A DNA stretch of 64,000 nucleotides from the human T2T-CHM13v2.0 reference genome, Homo sapiens, in the NCBI RefSeq assembly GCF_009914755.1, contig NC_060930.1. One strand, given 5' to 3'. The position numbers and the translations under genes are program-made. Shown here piece by piece: positions 28,651 through 42,200 of this stretch. Under the pieces are notes generated by a model. It did not search any database. It was given only the letters and a program-made list of their open reading frames with translations, and was not told the origin of the DNA. How positions within the stretch are numbered: the stretch's first letter is position 1; the number at the start of each line of letters is the position of its first letter.

Positions 28651-29774
28651 AACTTCTTGGCCAAGTAGTTCTTTATTGCTGAGGCCAGAGATAGGGCCCT
28701 TGATGGATGAACGGAAGATTCATCCATTCAACCAGATGGATGAACTGAGGATTCAGATGGTGGCTCCTCAGTTTAAAGGATCCACTTTAAACTCAGATGG
28801 TGGTGCTCGGAAACAACGTTTTAAAATATAATTAGGCTGATGTCCACTGGAAATCCCCTCATTCTCTTTTTTTCATTTCTTTCCTGATCCTAGATGAATG
28901 CAAATTGAAGGAGTTGGTAAACAGTAGGTAGTGGTGCTTTATGGGGGATGGATGGTGGAGAGTGGAGACTGACCACAGAAAGCAGATGCTAGAGGACTCT
29001 GACTATCCTCACTAAATGCCCACTATTCCACTAGCATGTGTATAATATTTGTAGTGTTTGTATATGGGTGTGTAATATGTCAAGAGTTTGTGACTTAGGA
29101 GAATAAGCCATAATTTGAGAATCAGTGAGTTGCTATACTTGTATTGTGTCTCATGATCCACTGGCATATTTAAAACAAATTATCTACAGCACTGTTACTT
29201 TCCACATGTCATTTTCATTGATTTGCAACATAGCCTTCTCCCCATTGTTGCATGAAATTTTGAAGTGAAAATAGTAGTGAATTGGACTTTTGATTCCTCA
29301 TGAGGAAAATAATGTGTAAAGGGTCACATGCTTCATACATATTCCCATGTGTGAGATTGGTCTTCCCTACACATATGGTAAAGAAAACCATAGCATTTTC
29401 TTGTCCAATTGACTAAATTCATGTTGAATCACCCAATTTGTAAATACATACAGTACATATACTTAGAGCCAAAGCCTACATTTATACATTCTTGGGATTT
29501 GGAACCTAATGTTTTAGGGTATGTAAGAGGATTGTCAGTAGGTAATTCTCATTTTTCAAGCCTAGAGTCAGAAATAACAACAATAAGTAGGAGTAGTGAC
29601 TATCAAAGAGGAATATAGCACATTAAGATGCTGCCTACCTGAAAAATGTCAGAAAAGAAAGGTCATCAGGGTTTGCAGTTCTTATTCATGGTTATGTCAG
29701 TTATACCTTAGTCTCTTTTTCCCCTCCAAAAATCTCCTTCACTAACACAGAGCTGGTTCCTGTCTTTGCTCTAG

Positions 29775-29852
29775 GTATCATTACTATGGGATTGGCATCA
29801 AAGAGAGCAGTGCATATTACCACTCCGTTTATTCTGGAAAGGGCTTGACAAG
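29775..29852 (+). CDS. RFX6: RFX6 exon 5 (78 nt), end of DNA-binding domain
   Basis: ctctag|G; [25 protein letters not shown]; AAG|GTAGAG. Confidence 0.96.
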
Positions 29853-30967
29853 GTAGAGTTACACCATCTTCAAGACAAATTCTCTGTGTTTCTTTAAATA
29901 TGCATGATACCTATTGAATAAAATGATTTCTTAATTTTGCTTATCAAGATGTTTCCATTTAAGCATCAGACCTTAATGTCCGCTTTGTATGGATGATTAT
30001 ATAACCTAGATTACTGGGAAAATTATATAACTTGTCATAATTAGTGAGAAATTAATTGTGAACTAGTGTTCCAGAGAGATGAAGAGGAGAAATCAAGGAA
30101 GCAGAATTGCTTTTAAATTAGTATTTACTAATAAAGCAAAGTCTATTTTCAGGTTGGATTCAATAAAACAAAGGCAGTAAATGTAAATGTAACTTTTTTC
30201 TGAGACAACCTGTTTTAAAGATCTATGTGCTTGACTAGTACCTTACCAAGATAGAAAGTTTATTGTAATAATCTCTAATCACATATACTTTGACCATCCT
30301 CTTACCTTATGAGGGTGAAATTACTGACCTGTTTGGGTTTCTATGAAAGGTAAAACATGAATGAAAATAAACAGCACATTGCTCTAAGCCACTGTTAACT
30401 ATCATGGGGATATTAGTAAGTGAGGTTACATCTAATGAAACCAGTGATAACACATCATTCATTTTTTAAACTGAAACTCTGAATAATTAGATGTGTATCT
30501 GAGATTGCTTTATGGTACGATTTACCAAGAATTGCTCTTAGCTCTTAAAAGAAGAAATTATTTTTAAAAGTAAAGTATCTTGTGGAAAAAAAAAGTTTAG
30601 TCACTGAGTCATACTAAGATAAATTTAGATATTACAAGGAACATAAGGCTGCTTACTAGCCACCACCCCACTATAAAATGTAAATATAGGCTGGAACACA
30701 CACAAATGTTTAATAGTGAGTGTCCTTTACTTGTCTCAAATCTCACCTGACTTTTAAAAATATTATTCATTTACTTTTTTTCTAAAGAACTTATTTTGTT
30801 TTAGTAAGTTGAGAAAGATGCTTGATTTCTTTAAAAAAAGCAAATTTCTCCAGCTTATTTCTCTAATCATGGTATGAAATTACTGCTTCTTTAGGTTGTC
30901 TACATATCATTGAATGCTATAGCTGTAATTTTGTTTGAACTAATGGAAAATGTACTAATTTTTTAAG

Positions 30968-30995
30968 GTTTTCTGGAAGCAAGCTAAAGAATGAG
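30968..30995 (+). CDS. RFX6: RFX6 exon 6 (28-nt micro-exon, ends c.672)
   Basis: tttttaag|G; FSGSKLKNE; GAG|GTAAGA; needed to keep frame between exons 5 and 7. Confidence 0.93.
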
Positions 30996-31431
30996 GTAAG
31001 AATTATTTTCATCTCTATTTTACATCTGCTATAATATGTCTTACAAGCTGAGCAATACATGTTAATTATTCCCTTTGGCAAATGTAGAAATAAATGTTAT
31101 TTATTAGGAATTCCTTGACGAAGGACTTCAGATACAGCTCAATTAGATTTGGGACAACAAATGAATCTTTGCATGGATCTACCAAACAACTTTCAGTTAA
31201 CCTAGGAGAGATACATTTTTAGTTATCTTTACCTAATATCAGATACTTACAAGACTGTAAAAAAAACACTATCATTTATCCAAAAAGTTTTCACTTAAAT
31301 ATAAACAAAAAGCTTAAGCTGAGGATATGGAAAGAATTGGTCTTTGGACTGCACCCATTTAGACAAAACATTTATTAGTTATCAAGGAGCCCAAATGCTA
31401 TGCTACACTATGGTTTGTTTTACTACTTTGT

Positions 31432-31433
<2 letters not shown>

Positions 31434-31465
<32 letters not shown>
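31434..31465. repeat. (AC)16 microsatellite
   Basis: Directly visible. Confidence 0.95.
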
Positions 31466-31467
<2 letters not shown>

Positions 31468-32317
31468 ATACAATCTTTCTCCCTAGGCTTCCTCTCCACC
31501 CCCTCCTTCAAGAACAGACTTTATCTAAATGAGTTAGACTACCATTAGGGACTGCATGGGTAATTAGACACATGATAAGGCCTTCATTATTCTCAAGTTA
31601 ACTAATCATTAAGAAGAGGTGCTGCCAAGCTAAGGGCACATGACAATGTGTTGTGTAGTAAATCTGGACCTGAGGTAAAGTGTAACTCCATTAGTTTGGT
31701 GAAATGATGCAAGCATATTTTAAGAAATAATATAAGGCCCCCAACCCACTAAATGGCCAATTTCTTTCCACCAGTGCTTTTAATACAGTTAATGGCTAAT
31801 TACATAATATAAATCCTCCAGATTGCTCTTTTTATCAATGAAATAATAGCTCTTTATTAGATAAACAATTGTGAAACTGCAAAAATATTGACTTAGAGAT
31901 ACACTTTGGTTGAGTAAAGTTTATGTCAATAGGGAATTTACGTTATTTCTCTCAGGTGTTCTTTCTACTAGTTTGATGAGGCTGGTGGTACTAGCAAGCC
32001 CTCTGCCGATAAATGGCAAGCCTTGTTTCATGGAATAAAAGAAAAATATTTCTCAAGTCTACTTTTTCCTCCTTAGAAGAGGACACTGCAAATACTGTTG
32101 TAGATTTTGTTACTAAAATTAAAATATTCTGATTAAGCTCTATAGCCTAACCATTTTCTGTGGATACCTGAAGGCAATAATAGTGTACCATTACTTTGAT
32201 GATTATAGAAATTAACACAACTAAGAGCTTTCTAAAGGCTCAGAACTACTCTAAATAAGTTTAAAATGATAATAAAATATTTTCATAACACAATTGAAAT
32301 TTTTAAAAATTATTTTC

Positions 32318-32505
32318 TTTGGGAGGCTGAAAAATACAAAAAATTATTTGGGCATGGTGATGTATGCCTGTAATCCCAGCTACTCAGGAGGCTGAGGCAG
32401 CAGAATCACTTGAGCCCTAGAGGCTCGGAGGTTGCAGTGAGCCATGATTGTGCCACTGTATTCTAGCCTAGGCAACAGTGTGAGACCCTATCTCAAAAAA
32501 AAAAA
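32318..32505 (+). mobile_element. Partial Alu (most of left arm deleted)
   Basis: tttgggaggctga joined directly to the linker aaaatacaaa, then right arm and A tail. Confidence 0.85.
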
Positions 32506-33002
32506 TTGTATTTAGGGCGACCAACCATCGTTGGTGTGCTCAGACATGACTTTCAGTGCAAATCTTCATATACGTCAGTTCATTTGAACATTCATAACTG
32601 TGAGGTATGGTGTCAGCATATTTACAGCTAAGAACAATGAGGCTGAGAGATGTATTTGCTTTTTTAAGAGGTCAGAGAAAGATTCTATTTTTTTAAAGCC
32701 ATGGTCAAGATATTAATTAACAGATGTATTACATTACAGGTACTAGGAGACAAAATGGTGAATGAAGAGATTTGGTCCTGCCCTTCCAGAGCTTTACAGT
32801 ATAGCAGGAAAGCATATCTTGAACAAGTAATTATAAGAAATTCTAGAGGGTGTCATGGGAGTAACTAGGTTTAGGGAGTTAAGGACATTTTACACAGGAA
32901 GTGATATTAAGGAAATAACTCAGAATATAGTGGTAGTTTGGAGGAGGAGTGGAGTAGGGGAAGAGGGAAGAAGAGTGATTAAGACAGATGGAATAGCATA
33001 GG

Positions 33003-33190
33003 CCAGGGTTTCTCAGCCTCCATACTATGGAAATTGTGGTTCAGATAATAATGTTTATGGAAGATATCAAGTATATTGTAGGATGCTTAGTAGTATCACA
33101 GAATCTCTGGCCTCTACCCATTACATTCCAGTAGCAGACCCCCACCCCCTTGTCGTGACAACCAAAAACGTCTCTGACATTGCCAAATGT
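33003..33190. mobile_element. MER20 (hAT-Charlie)
   Basis: ggtttctcagcc...tggcctctaccca...gtgacaaccaaaaacgtctctgacattgccaaatgtc. Confidence 0.75.
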
Positions 33191-34041
33191 CAACTACTGG
33201 CATATGTGAAGGCAAGCAAGAGGTGTATCATGTTGTAGAAAAAATAAAAAAAATTCTGCTTAGCTATAGTGTAGAATGAGGTAGAGAGTAATATAATAGG
33301 TAGAGGCTGGATTGTGTGTAGTCTCATTAGGTTAAGAATTCTGTAATGGGAAGCCACTAAAGGGGAATTATGCATCAGACTTGGTGTTTTATAAAACTCA
33401 TTCTGACCATGACATGGAGAATACATTAGAAGAGTGTAAGGCAGGAAGCCAGTAGATCCATTGGAGGCTATCTGGATAGTCTGTGTAAGAGAAGATCTGG
33501 ACCAGAATAATAGCCCAAGGGATGGAGAGAAGTAACTGATTTTAGTTGGGAAATATTGAAGGAGAAGCAGGAAGAAAGAGTAAAAAGATAAGGGGTTTAA
33601 TTTGGGACTTGTCATATTTGATGTGTTTGTGAAACATTTAACACAAATTTTAAGTGGGAAGTTGGATATATGTGATTGGAAAGGAGGACTTCAAGATTTA
33701 GTTTGATGGTGATTGAAGCCATGGTAATGGATAAAAATGCTTAGGGAAAAAATGAATGAGAAGACAAGAGGTTACCAAAAAAAAGTTGTGAAAAGTGAGA
33801 GAGGAAGAGTCGGTGAGATAACAGAGGAGAGTCTAGAGTGGTAGGAAGAGAAGGAGGAGAATACAGTGTCACAGGATTCAGGATGAAAAAATGCTCCCTA
33901 CAGAAGGGAATGCTCAGATGGTGCTGAAAAGTCATCAAGATAAGGAGTGGAAAGGATCCATGGAATTAGTTAAGTGGAGATAACTAATGATTTCAGGGAG
34001 AGCCTTTCCAGTGGTGAGCTGGGGTTTGGTTTGTGAAATGA

Positions 34042-34311
<270 letters not shown>

Positions 34312-36045
34312 TAGACTAATGTCTAATGCTAATAAAACAGGAACAGTAAAGAATGAAGACTGAAAATATTAAAGAAAGGAAAGTTGAGAGCACAAGGTCA
34401 CTGAGGAGGTCAGTGTAGAGGAATTGGCCCTAGAGAGGAGGAGCAGTTCTTCCACTAAAACTGAAAAGAGAAAGGGTAAGTTCGGATGCAAGCAGATTTG
34501 TAGATTTTTGTGGCAGAAAGTTGAGGTAGCTTCTGTTTGGTAGTTTTGCATTTCTCTCAGGAATGGTAGTGTAGGTCATGTGCTGTGGCAAAAATCATGG
34601 AAAGAAAGTAGGAGTTTGAGGAACTTAAAAGAAAGTCCTAGCTATTCTCAACCAGGTTTTCTAGAGAGAATATAGCCCTAATGCCCTAAGACACCCACTG
34701 AATATAAGGAATAAACTCTGTCGTGCATGAGTGTTTAGAATGGTATTGATTAAGCACCATCCTTGAGAGAATTGAAAAATGGTTGTTCAAATCATTTTCT
34801 GTAGGACTTAATTTTCTCACAGATTTATTGAGATGGTAGCAACAGTCTTTGTGGAAGACAAGAAAGTTAGAAGATCGTAAAATTTAAATGGCATGAGCCA
34901 GAAGAAATGCAAAATATTCAGGAACAGTTATAATAAGAGAAGCATACTGCCTATTTGGAAAAAAAAAATACAGGCATAAAAGAAAACTACAAGTGAAATG
35001 ACATACCATGTGCCTGGATAGGAATGCTAGATATTATAAATATTCCAATTCTTCCTAAATTAATTCAGACATTTTATATTATAATGAAAATTTGAGTGGG
35101 TAATTAATTTTTGGAGATGAATATGTTACGAGCTTAATCTAGAAGAATATACAGGAAGTAATAGTTAAGAGAAATGTAAACAAGAAGAGTAAAAAGGGGA
35201 TTTGTCTGCCACATATCAAAATATTATGACATGATACTGAGTCAACTGTAGATAGAACAAATCTGCAGCGGAGTTTAGGTACCTGACAAAAGACCCTAGT
35301 ATTTATAAGGTTTTAGTGTATGACCAAACAGAAATTACAACAAATGAAGGAAGAAAATATTTTTCTGTGTCCTTTTTGGAGAAAGGTGGAGTACTATATA
35401 AATAAAATTATTCAGGAGGTGTTAGAAACATTGACCATTTTGCAAAAAAATTTCTATACCTCACAACTTATGTGAATTTCATATAAACAATTAAATATAA
35501 AAATAATACTTAGGAGGAAATATATGTCTACCCCACTTCTGGAAGGAGTTATTCACTTTCTAAGCATAAAAGCAGTTTAAGACATTTCATAGGAAAAAGA
35601 AAAACACACACATTGGAAACTTCTTCATATCAAAAGCATCATATGCAAAATTTGAAGTCAAAGGAAAAACTGGGGGAAATATCTTCAGCAAACATGACAA
35701 TAAAATTATATCCATAGTACATAAAAAATCCTATAAAAATATGAAGACCACAATAAGTAGTAGAAGATGCGAATAGATGATTCACAGTAGAAAGAAAAAG
35801 CTAATAAACGCATGAAGAAAGGAGTACCAAATAAACAAAAATTAAGATAACATTTTACAATATGAAACTATGAAATATTTAAAAATTATTGGGAAGTTGG
35901 TGAAGGTAGGATGAGATAAACTCTTTCATATCTTGCTGAAGGCAGAATGAATTTTTGGAAAATGTTTGGAAGATCTGCACCAAGTCTTTAAAGTATTTAT
36001 ATCCTTTCCTGCTAATTCTACTTTTGTATGGATTTTGTATGAATC

Positions 36046-36340
36046 TTTTCTTTTTTTTTGAGATGGAGTCTTGCTCTGTCACCCAGGTCGGAGTGCAGTG
36101 GCGTGATATGGCTCATTGCAACCTGCGTCTCCAGTGTTCAAGTGATTCTTCTGCCTCAGCTTCCCGAGTAGCTGGGATTACAGGCGTGCGCCGCCACACC
36201 TGGCTAATTTTTGTGTTTTTAGTAGAGTCGGGGTTTTGTCATGTTGGCCAGGTTGGTCTTGAACTCCTGACCTCAGGTGATCTGCCTACCTCAGCCTTCC
36301 AAAGTGTTGGGATGACAGGTGTGAGCCACCGTGCCCGGCC
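36046..36340 (-). mobile_element. Alu (AluS-like), full length
   Basis: Antisense dimer; tgaatct on both sides as short TSD. Confidence 0.95.
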
Positions 36341-36700
36341 TTGAATCTATTTTTATTTCATAGTGAAATCTATTTTTATTTAAAAAAAATTTTTATTTCA
36401 CTATGAAATAAAAATAGAAATAAAAATAAAATAGGTAAATTTCATAGTGAAATAAAATAGAAAATGCAGACAGAAAATTATGCACAAAATTTTTATTGAT
36501 TACAGTGAGAAACTATATGTAACCTAAATGACTAATATCAAAGAAATGGTTACATAATTTATTGTACTTTTGTGTGGCTGAATATTATTTATTAAAAGGC
36601 TCTTTTAATGATATAGAGAAATGTTAATTATAAAAAAAGGACACAGAAGCAAATATATGTGAAATATGTAAAGCATAACTGGGTATTTATAAATTATATA

Positions 36701-37063
36701 CAGTTGGTCCCTGGCTTAAAATGGTTTGACTTACAATTTTTCGACTTTGTGATGGTGTGAAAGGGATGCGCATTCAGTAGAAACTGTACTTCGAGTACCC
36801 ATACAACCATTCCACTTCTCACTTTCAATACAGTATTTAATAAATTATGAGTTATTTAACACTTCATTATAAAATAAGCTTTGTGTTAGATGATTTTGCC
36901 CTACTGTAACCTAAGGTAAATGTTCCAAGCACGTTTAAGGTAGGCTAGGCTAAGTTATAATGTTCAGTAAGTTGGGTATATTAAACGCATTTTTGACTTA
37001 CAATATTTTCCAATTGTAATGGTTTTATTGGGATGTAACCCCATTGTAAATTGAGAGGCACTG
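36701..37063. mobile_element. TcMar-Tigger MITE (MER47A-like)
   Basis: TA|cag...ctg|TA ends; internal cattcagtagaaactgtacttcgagtacccatacaacc and aggtaggctaggctaag. Confidence 0.75.
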
Positions 37064-37089
37064 TATGACAGAGAATTAATATCTATTAC

Positions 37090-37255
37090 TATGTTGTAAA
37101 ATATTGTAGCTGCTAGCCACATGTGACTATTAATTAAGTAAAGTAAAAAATTTAGTTGCTCAGTCACGTTAGCTACATTTCAAGTGCTTACTGTATTGGA
37201 CAGGAAAGATACAGAACATTTCCATAATAACAGAAAGCTCTATTGGACAGCACTG
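37090..37255. mobile_element. hAT-Charlie MITE (MER3-like)
   Basis: gctagccacatgtgacta...gaaagctctattggacagcactg. Confidence 0.65.
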
Positions 37256-38479
37256 TTCTAGAATATGTATAGAATTCAAGTCAATAATGAAAAGACAACC
37301 CAACAGAATTATAGCAAAGTATATGAAGAGGCAATTAATTCAGGATAAACAAAGAATGACTAACAGTGCTAGTTGGCATTCTGGTTGACCAGTGTCCATA
37401 ACGTATGTTGAATACCACCCCTTGCCAATAAAAAAGTGCTCAATCTAAATATTAATCAGGGAAATGAAAATTAAAACCCTAATGTGTGATTGTCTCACAT
37501 ATATTACATTAGCAATAACTAAAATGTCTAAAGACACACTGTTGACAGGAATATGGACCAAAGGAACTCTCAAATAGAGTAGAAGGGACAATATCTAGTG
37601 AAGTTGAAGATTTACACACTTTATGACTGCATTCCTAAAGAAACCTTCACATTGTGCACAAGGAGGTGTGTATGAGGATGTTCACTGCGACATGGTTTAT
37701 AATTGCAGAATACTCGAAAATAATCAAAGTGTTCATTATGATATAATGGGAAATAAGTTTTTATACATTTATACAATGGAGTGCTATACTGCTTTGGGTA
37801 TGAGCGAATGAATGATAGTTATAATAATCAAATTAGGGTCATCTCAAAAACCTAAAGTTGAGTGAAAAAAGCACATTGAAAATACAAGGATACATAGTGT
37901 ATTATACCAGTTTTAAAGAACAGTATAATATTAAGAACATTTACATACTAGGTAAATTTTTTAATGTTTGAGTAGAAATGATCTAAACCAAGCCCAGAAC
38001 ACTATTTCTTGTGGGAGAAGAAGGGAATGAAATTAGGCAAGGCTGCTTTAGTATTGGAAATGTCTCATGTCTTAATCAGGATGGTAAGTGGGTATTTATT
38101 ATTTTTTCTCTATATCTTTTAAAAAGTTTTAAATAGTTCAAAATATAAAAGCAAACAACAACAACAAAAAACAACAAAAACAAAATAAAAAACAGGAAAA
38201 AGATGGTAAGAGCGTTACTACTTAGTATTAATAATTGTTACTGTTTTAAAATTTTTATTCATAAATGGAGTGGTTTAAATTTCAGAAATGTCTTAGAGAT
38301 TGTCTCAGAATCTGTTAATTCACAGGAATAAAACAAATGAACAAAACTTAATTATAATATTTTCTCCCCATCAAAGAAAGCTTTTCTTTTCCTGTGGGTC
38401 TTCTAATGTGGGCCAAATTTTTGTTTCAAGCAGCTAGTGAAGTTGACATTATTTCTTAGGGAATGGGTCCATTGATTTC

Positions 38480-38740
38480 ATACATTTCTACCAGGAAGTT
38501 TCCTTGATAGCCTGAGTTTTCTTCTCCTTAACATCAACCGTTCACAGCCAGTTGAACAACTTTGTACCAAGATAAATATCAAATCCTCCCTCCTTGGTAT
38601 ATGCTTTTCAAATATTTGTAGACTGTTATCATACTCTCCTTTGTCATCACTTAGCCAAGCCATGCAGCTTAAGTCCTTTAATCTTTCCTCATAAATCAGA
38701 CCCTCTTGCCTTCTAGTCATATTTGTTTCTTTTCTGTAGG
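38480..38740 (-). mobile_element. CR1/L3 LINE 3' fragment
   Basis: Minus-strand translation contains YEERLKDL, typical of the CR1 ORF2 C-terminus. Confidence 0.6.
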
Positions 38741-39229
38741 GTCCTTCTTGTTTTCTTTTAGAAATACGATTCTTAATAGTTCACCCAAGAGTACCGAAGT
38801 TATCAATTGAGAAAGGAAAAAACAAAACAAACCCAGACCTCTGTAGCTGGCCTATGATCTGGCACCTCTTTTAGTACGATTGTAATAGCAAATATATTAG
38901 TGGAATTAGAATGAGCATATTTTACTATTTTAAAGATGATCACTCCTCTCTTTTTGTGTTACACTTACTGGATATTATTCGATTTATGCAATTTATATGA
39001 TCTTTGTATCCAGTTGTTAACATCCAAAACAAAATTAATTTTAAGGTTTTTTGGGGCCCTTTTGCCCCTTCTTGATGTTGCACATATTGCTAGCTTTGAT
39101 TACACAAAATTATTATTTACCAATATGAGAGTTTTTAAAAGTATTAGAATTAAAGTTACATACTTTATTTCTTAATATGTGTTTCTTTAGCATGCTAACA
39201 TTTTTTATTGGGAAATGTGTTATTCACAG

Positions 39230-42200
39230 CACCCACCCAAACACACAAACACATGCATAGAATTTTTAAAATAATCATAATATGAAAACTCAAGCCCTTT
39301 CTCATAACTTAAAAGAGAGGAGTCCTCTGTGCACCCACTTCAATCACTTTTTCCTTCCTACTCATCAGAAGTTACCACTCTCCAGAATATGGTGTTACTG
39401 TTTGTTTTTCTGTAAAGTTTGCCACTTACAAATAGATCTCTCAACAACATATTGTTTATTATTTGCCCAGTTGTATCCTACATAAAAATAGGCTCCTTGT
39501 TTTCCCTGTGACTTTCTGTTTTCCTTCAATGCTAGGTTTTGTGATTCTTTAATGCTGATATATGAAGTTCTAATTTATTTGTACTGCTGTATAATATTCC
39601 ATTGTAGGAAACTATCCCAATGCGTTTATTCATTCCATTGTGGATGGGAATTTTTTTTTTGCCTGAAAAACAATATTGACGCAAACAATTCTCCAGGTAG
39701 ACATCTATAGGAGTTGAATTCCAGGTCCCAAGATATACTCATCTTTAACTTTACTAGTAAAGGTGAAATTATTTTCCAGAGTGGTTGTATCAACTTCTGT
39801 CTCTCCAGCTGTGTGTGATCATTACTTTTGTACCTTATTCTTATGCTTGGTATTAAATGACATTTTAGTTTTTGCCAGTCTTGTGGGTGTAAAATCATGT
39901 CTGTGTTTTTTATTTGGAAATTGTTTTTAACAACTGATGAGCTAGAATATATTTTTGGATTTTTATTGGTCAATTCTTTTCTGTGAAATGTTTGTTCAGA
40001 TCATATCGTTTTTTATTTTGAAATTTTAATCTTAAGAGTTCTTTATATGTTCTGGATACTAATATCCTGTAAGTTATGTGTTGTAAATAACTTCTTCCTG
40101 TTAGTGGCATGACTCAATATTCTATTGTATCTTTTGATGAAGATTTTTATTTTATGGTTAGTACTTTTTATATCTTGTTTTTTAAAAATTTGTGTATATT
40201 CCAAGATTATAACAATATTCTCTATAAATTACTTTGAAAGCATAAAGTTGCTCTGAACATTTATTTCATTTGTAATTGGTTTTTGTTCATATTTTTGTTG
40301 TGGTAAACTACATATAAAATATACTATCTCAGCCATTTTTGAGTGTACAGTTTTGTGGTATTAAGTACATTGGTATCATTGTGTAACCATCACCACCATC
40401 CACCTTCAGAACTCTTTCATCTTGCAAGACTGAAACTCTCTACTCATTGAACAATAACTCCCATCTTCCCTCTACCATGTCCCTGGCCACTACCATTCTA
40501 CTTTCTGTCTCTATGATGTTTACTACTCTAGAATCCTCTTTAAGTAGAGCCATACAGTATTTGTCTTCTGGTGACTGACTTATTTCACTTACCATAATGT
40601 CCTCAAGGTTCATCCATGTTGTAGCATATGTCAGAACATCATTCCCTTTTAAGGATGAATGATATTTCATTGTATGTATATACAGTACCACATTTTGCTA
40701 ATCCATTCATCTGTCGATGGACAAGTGGGTTGCTTCCACGTTTAAGCTACAGTGACTAATGCTGCTATGAATGTGGATGTACAAATATCTCTTTGAGATC
40801 CTGCTATAATTGTTTTGGGTATATACCCAGAAGCGGAATTACTGGGTCATATAATAATTCTATTTTTAATTTTGGGGGGAACTACCAAACTGTTTTACAT
40901 AGCAGCTGTACTATTTTACATTCTCACCAACAATGCACAAGGATTCCAATTTTTTCACATCCTTGACAACACTTGTTATTTTTGCTGGCGTGTGTTTGTG
41001 TGTGTTTTTGTGTTTATAGTAGCCATCCCAGTGGGTGTGATGTGGTATCTCATTTAGGGTTTGATTTGCATTTCCCTAATGATTGTAACATTGAGCATAT
41101 TTTAATGTATGTACTAGTCATTCATATATCTTCTCTAGAGAAGTGTATATCAAGTCCTTTGCCCATTATGAATCATTTTGTTTACTTTTATGTTGTTAAG
41201 TTTTAGGAGTTCTCAATATATTCTGTATATTAATCCCTTATGAAACATGATTTGCAAATATTTTCTCTCATTCCATACATTGCCTTTCTACTGTGATCAT
41301 AGTGTCATGTACAGTTATATGCATAACTTTTATGAACAAAAGTGTTTCTTTTTTTTTTTTTTTGAGATGGAGTCTCACTCTGTCACCAGGCTGGAGTGCA
41401 GTGGTGCAGTCTCGGCTCACTGCAACCTCTGCCTCCCGTGTTCAAGCATTCTCCTGCCTCAGCCTCCCAAGGAGCTGGGACTGCAGGCGTGTGCCACCAT
41501 GCCCAGCTAATTTTTGTATTTTTAGTAGAGACAGAGTTTCACCATGTTGGCCAGGATGTTCTCAATCTCTTGACCTCATGATCCACCCACCTCAGCCTCC
41601 CAAAGTGCTGGGATTATAAATAGTTCATGAAGAACTATTTTTTTTATGAAGTACAATTTGTGTAATTTTTGTTGTTACCTGTGTTTTAGTGTCCTATATA
41701 AATTTTTTTTTCCAAATCACATGTTTCCTTCTAAACATGTTTCCTATGTTTCCTTCTAAAATTTTTATAGTTTTAGCTCCTACATTTAGATATTTGATTC
41801 ATTTTTGGTTAATTTTTGTATATGATGTATGAGGTAAAGGTCTGACTTTATTCCTTTGAATGTGGACATCCAGTTTTCTGAGCACACTTTGTTGATAGAA
41901 CTGTCCTTTCCCCATAGAATTGTCCTTTCCCCATAGAATGGTTTTGGCACCCCTATCAAAAATTATTTTACCATATATGTGAGGATTTGTTACTGGCCTC
42001 TCTGTTCTATTCCATTGGTTTATGTGTCTGTCTTCATGACAGTACCATATTGTTTTGATTACTGTAACTTTATAGTACGTTTGAAATCAGGAAGTCTTCT
42101 CTGACTTTGTTCTTCTTTTTCAAGATTTTTGGCTACCCAGGGTCCCTTGAGATTCCATAGATATTTTTAGGATGGATTTTTCTTTTTCTGAAAAAACTGT

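Noticed and set aside
28700-28810. CRISPR-like or pre-miRNA reading of the hairpin cluster
   Set aside because: Eukaryotic intron, no constant repeat-spacer period, and 9-12-bp stems are too short for a pre-miRNA.
27978-28831. GC-richer island with several ORFs as possible nested gene or pseudogene
   Set aside because: Resembles an old hAT transposon remnant; ORFs are short, on both strands, and there is no poly-A or TSD.
33190-33615. 141-aa minus-strand ORF
   Set aside because: Lies in a degraded L2 remnant; no gene-like context.
35955-36344. 129-aa ORF and similar ORFs at 41247-41619, 49017-49325 and 61847-62110
   Set aside because: Alu-derived reading frames.
41899-41940. Short tandem duplications (also ~20325, 41720, 43690, 47233, 50745)
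   Set aside because: Ordinary 10-20-bp slippage events, mostly within old repeats.
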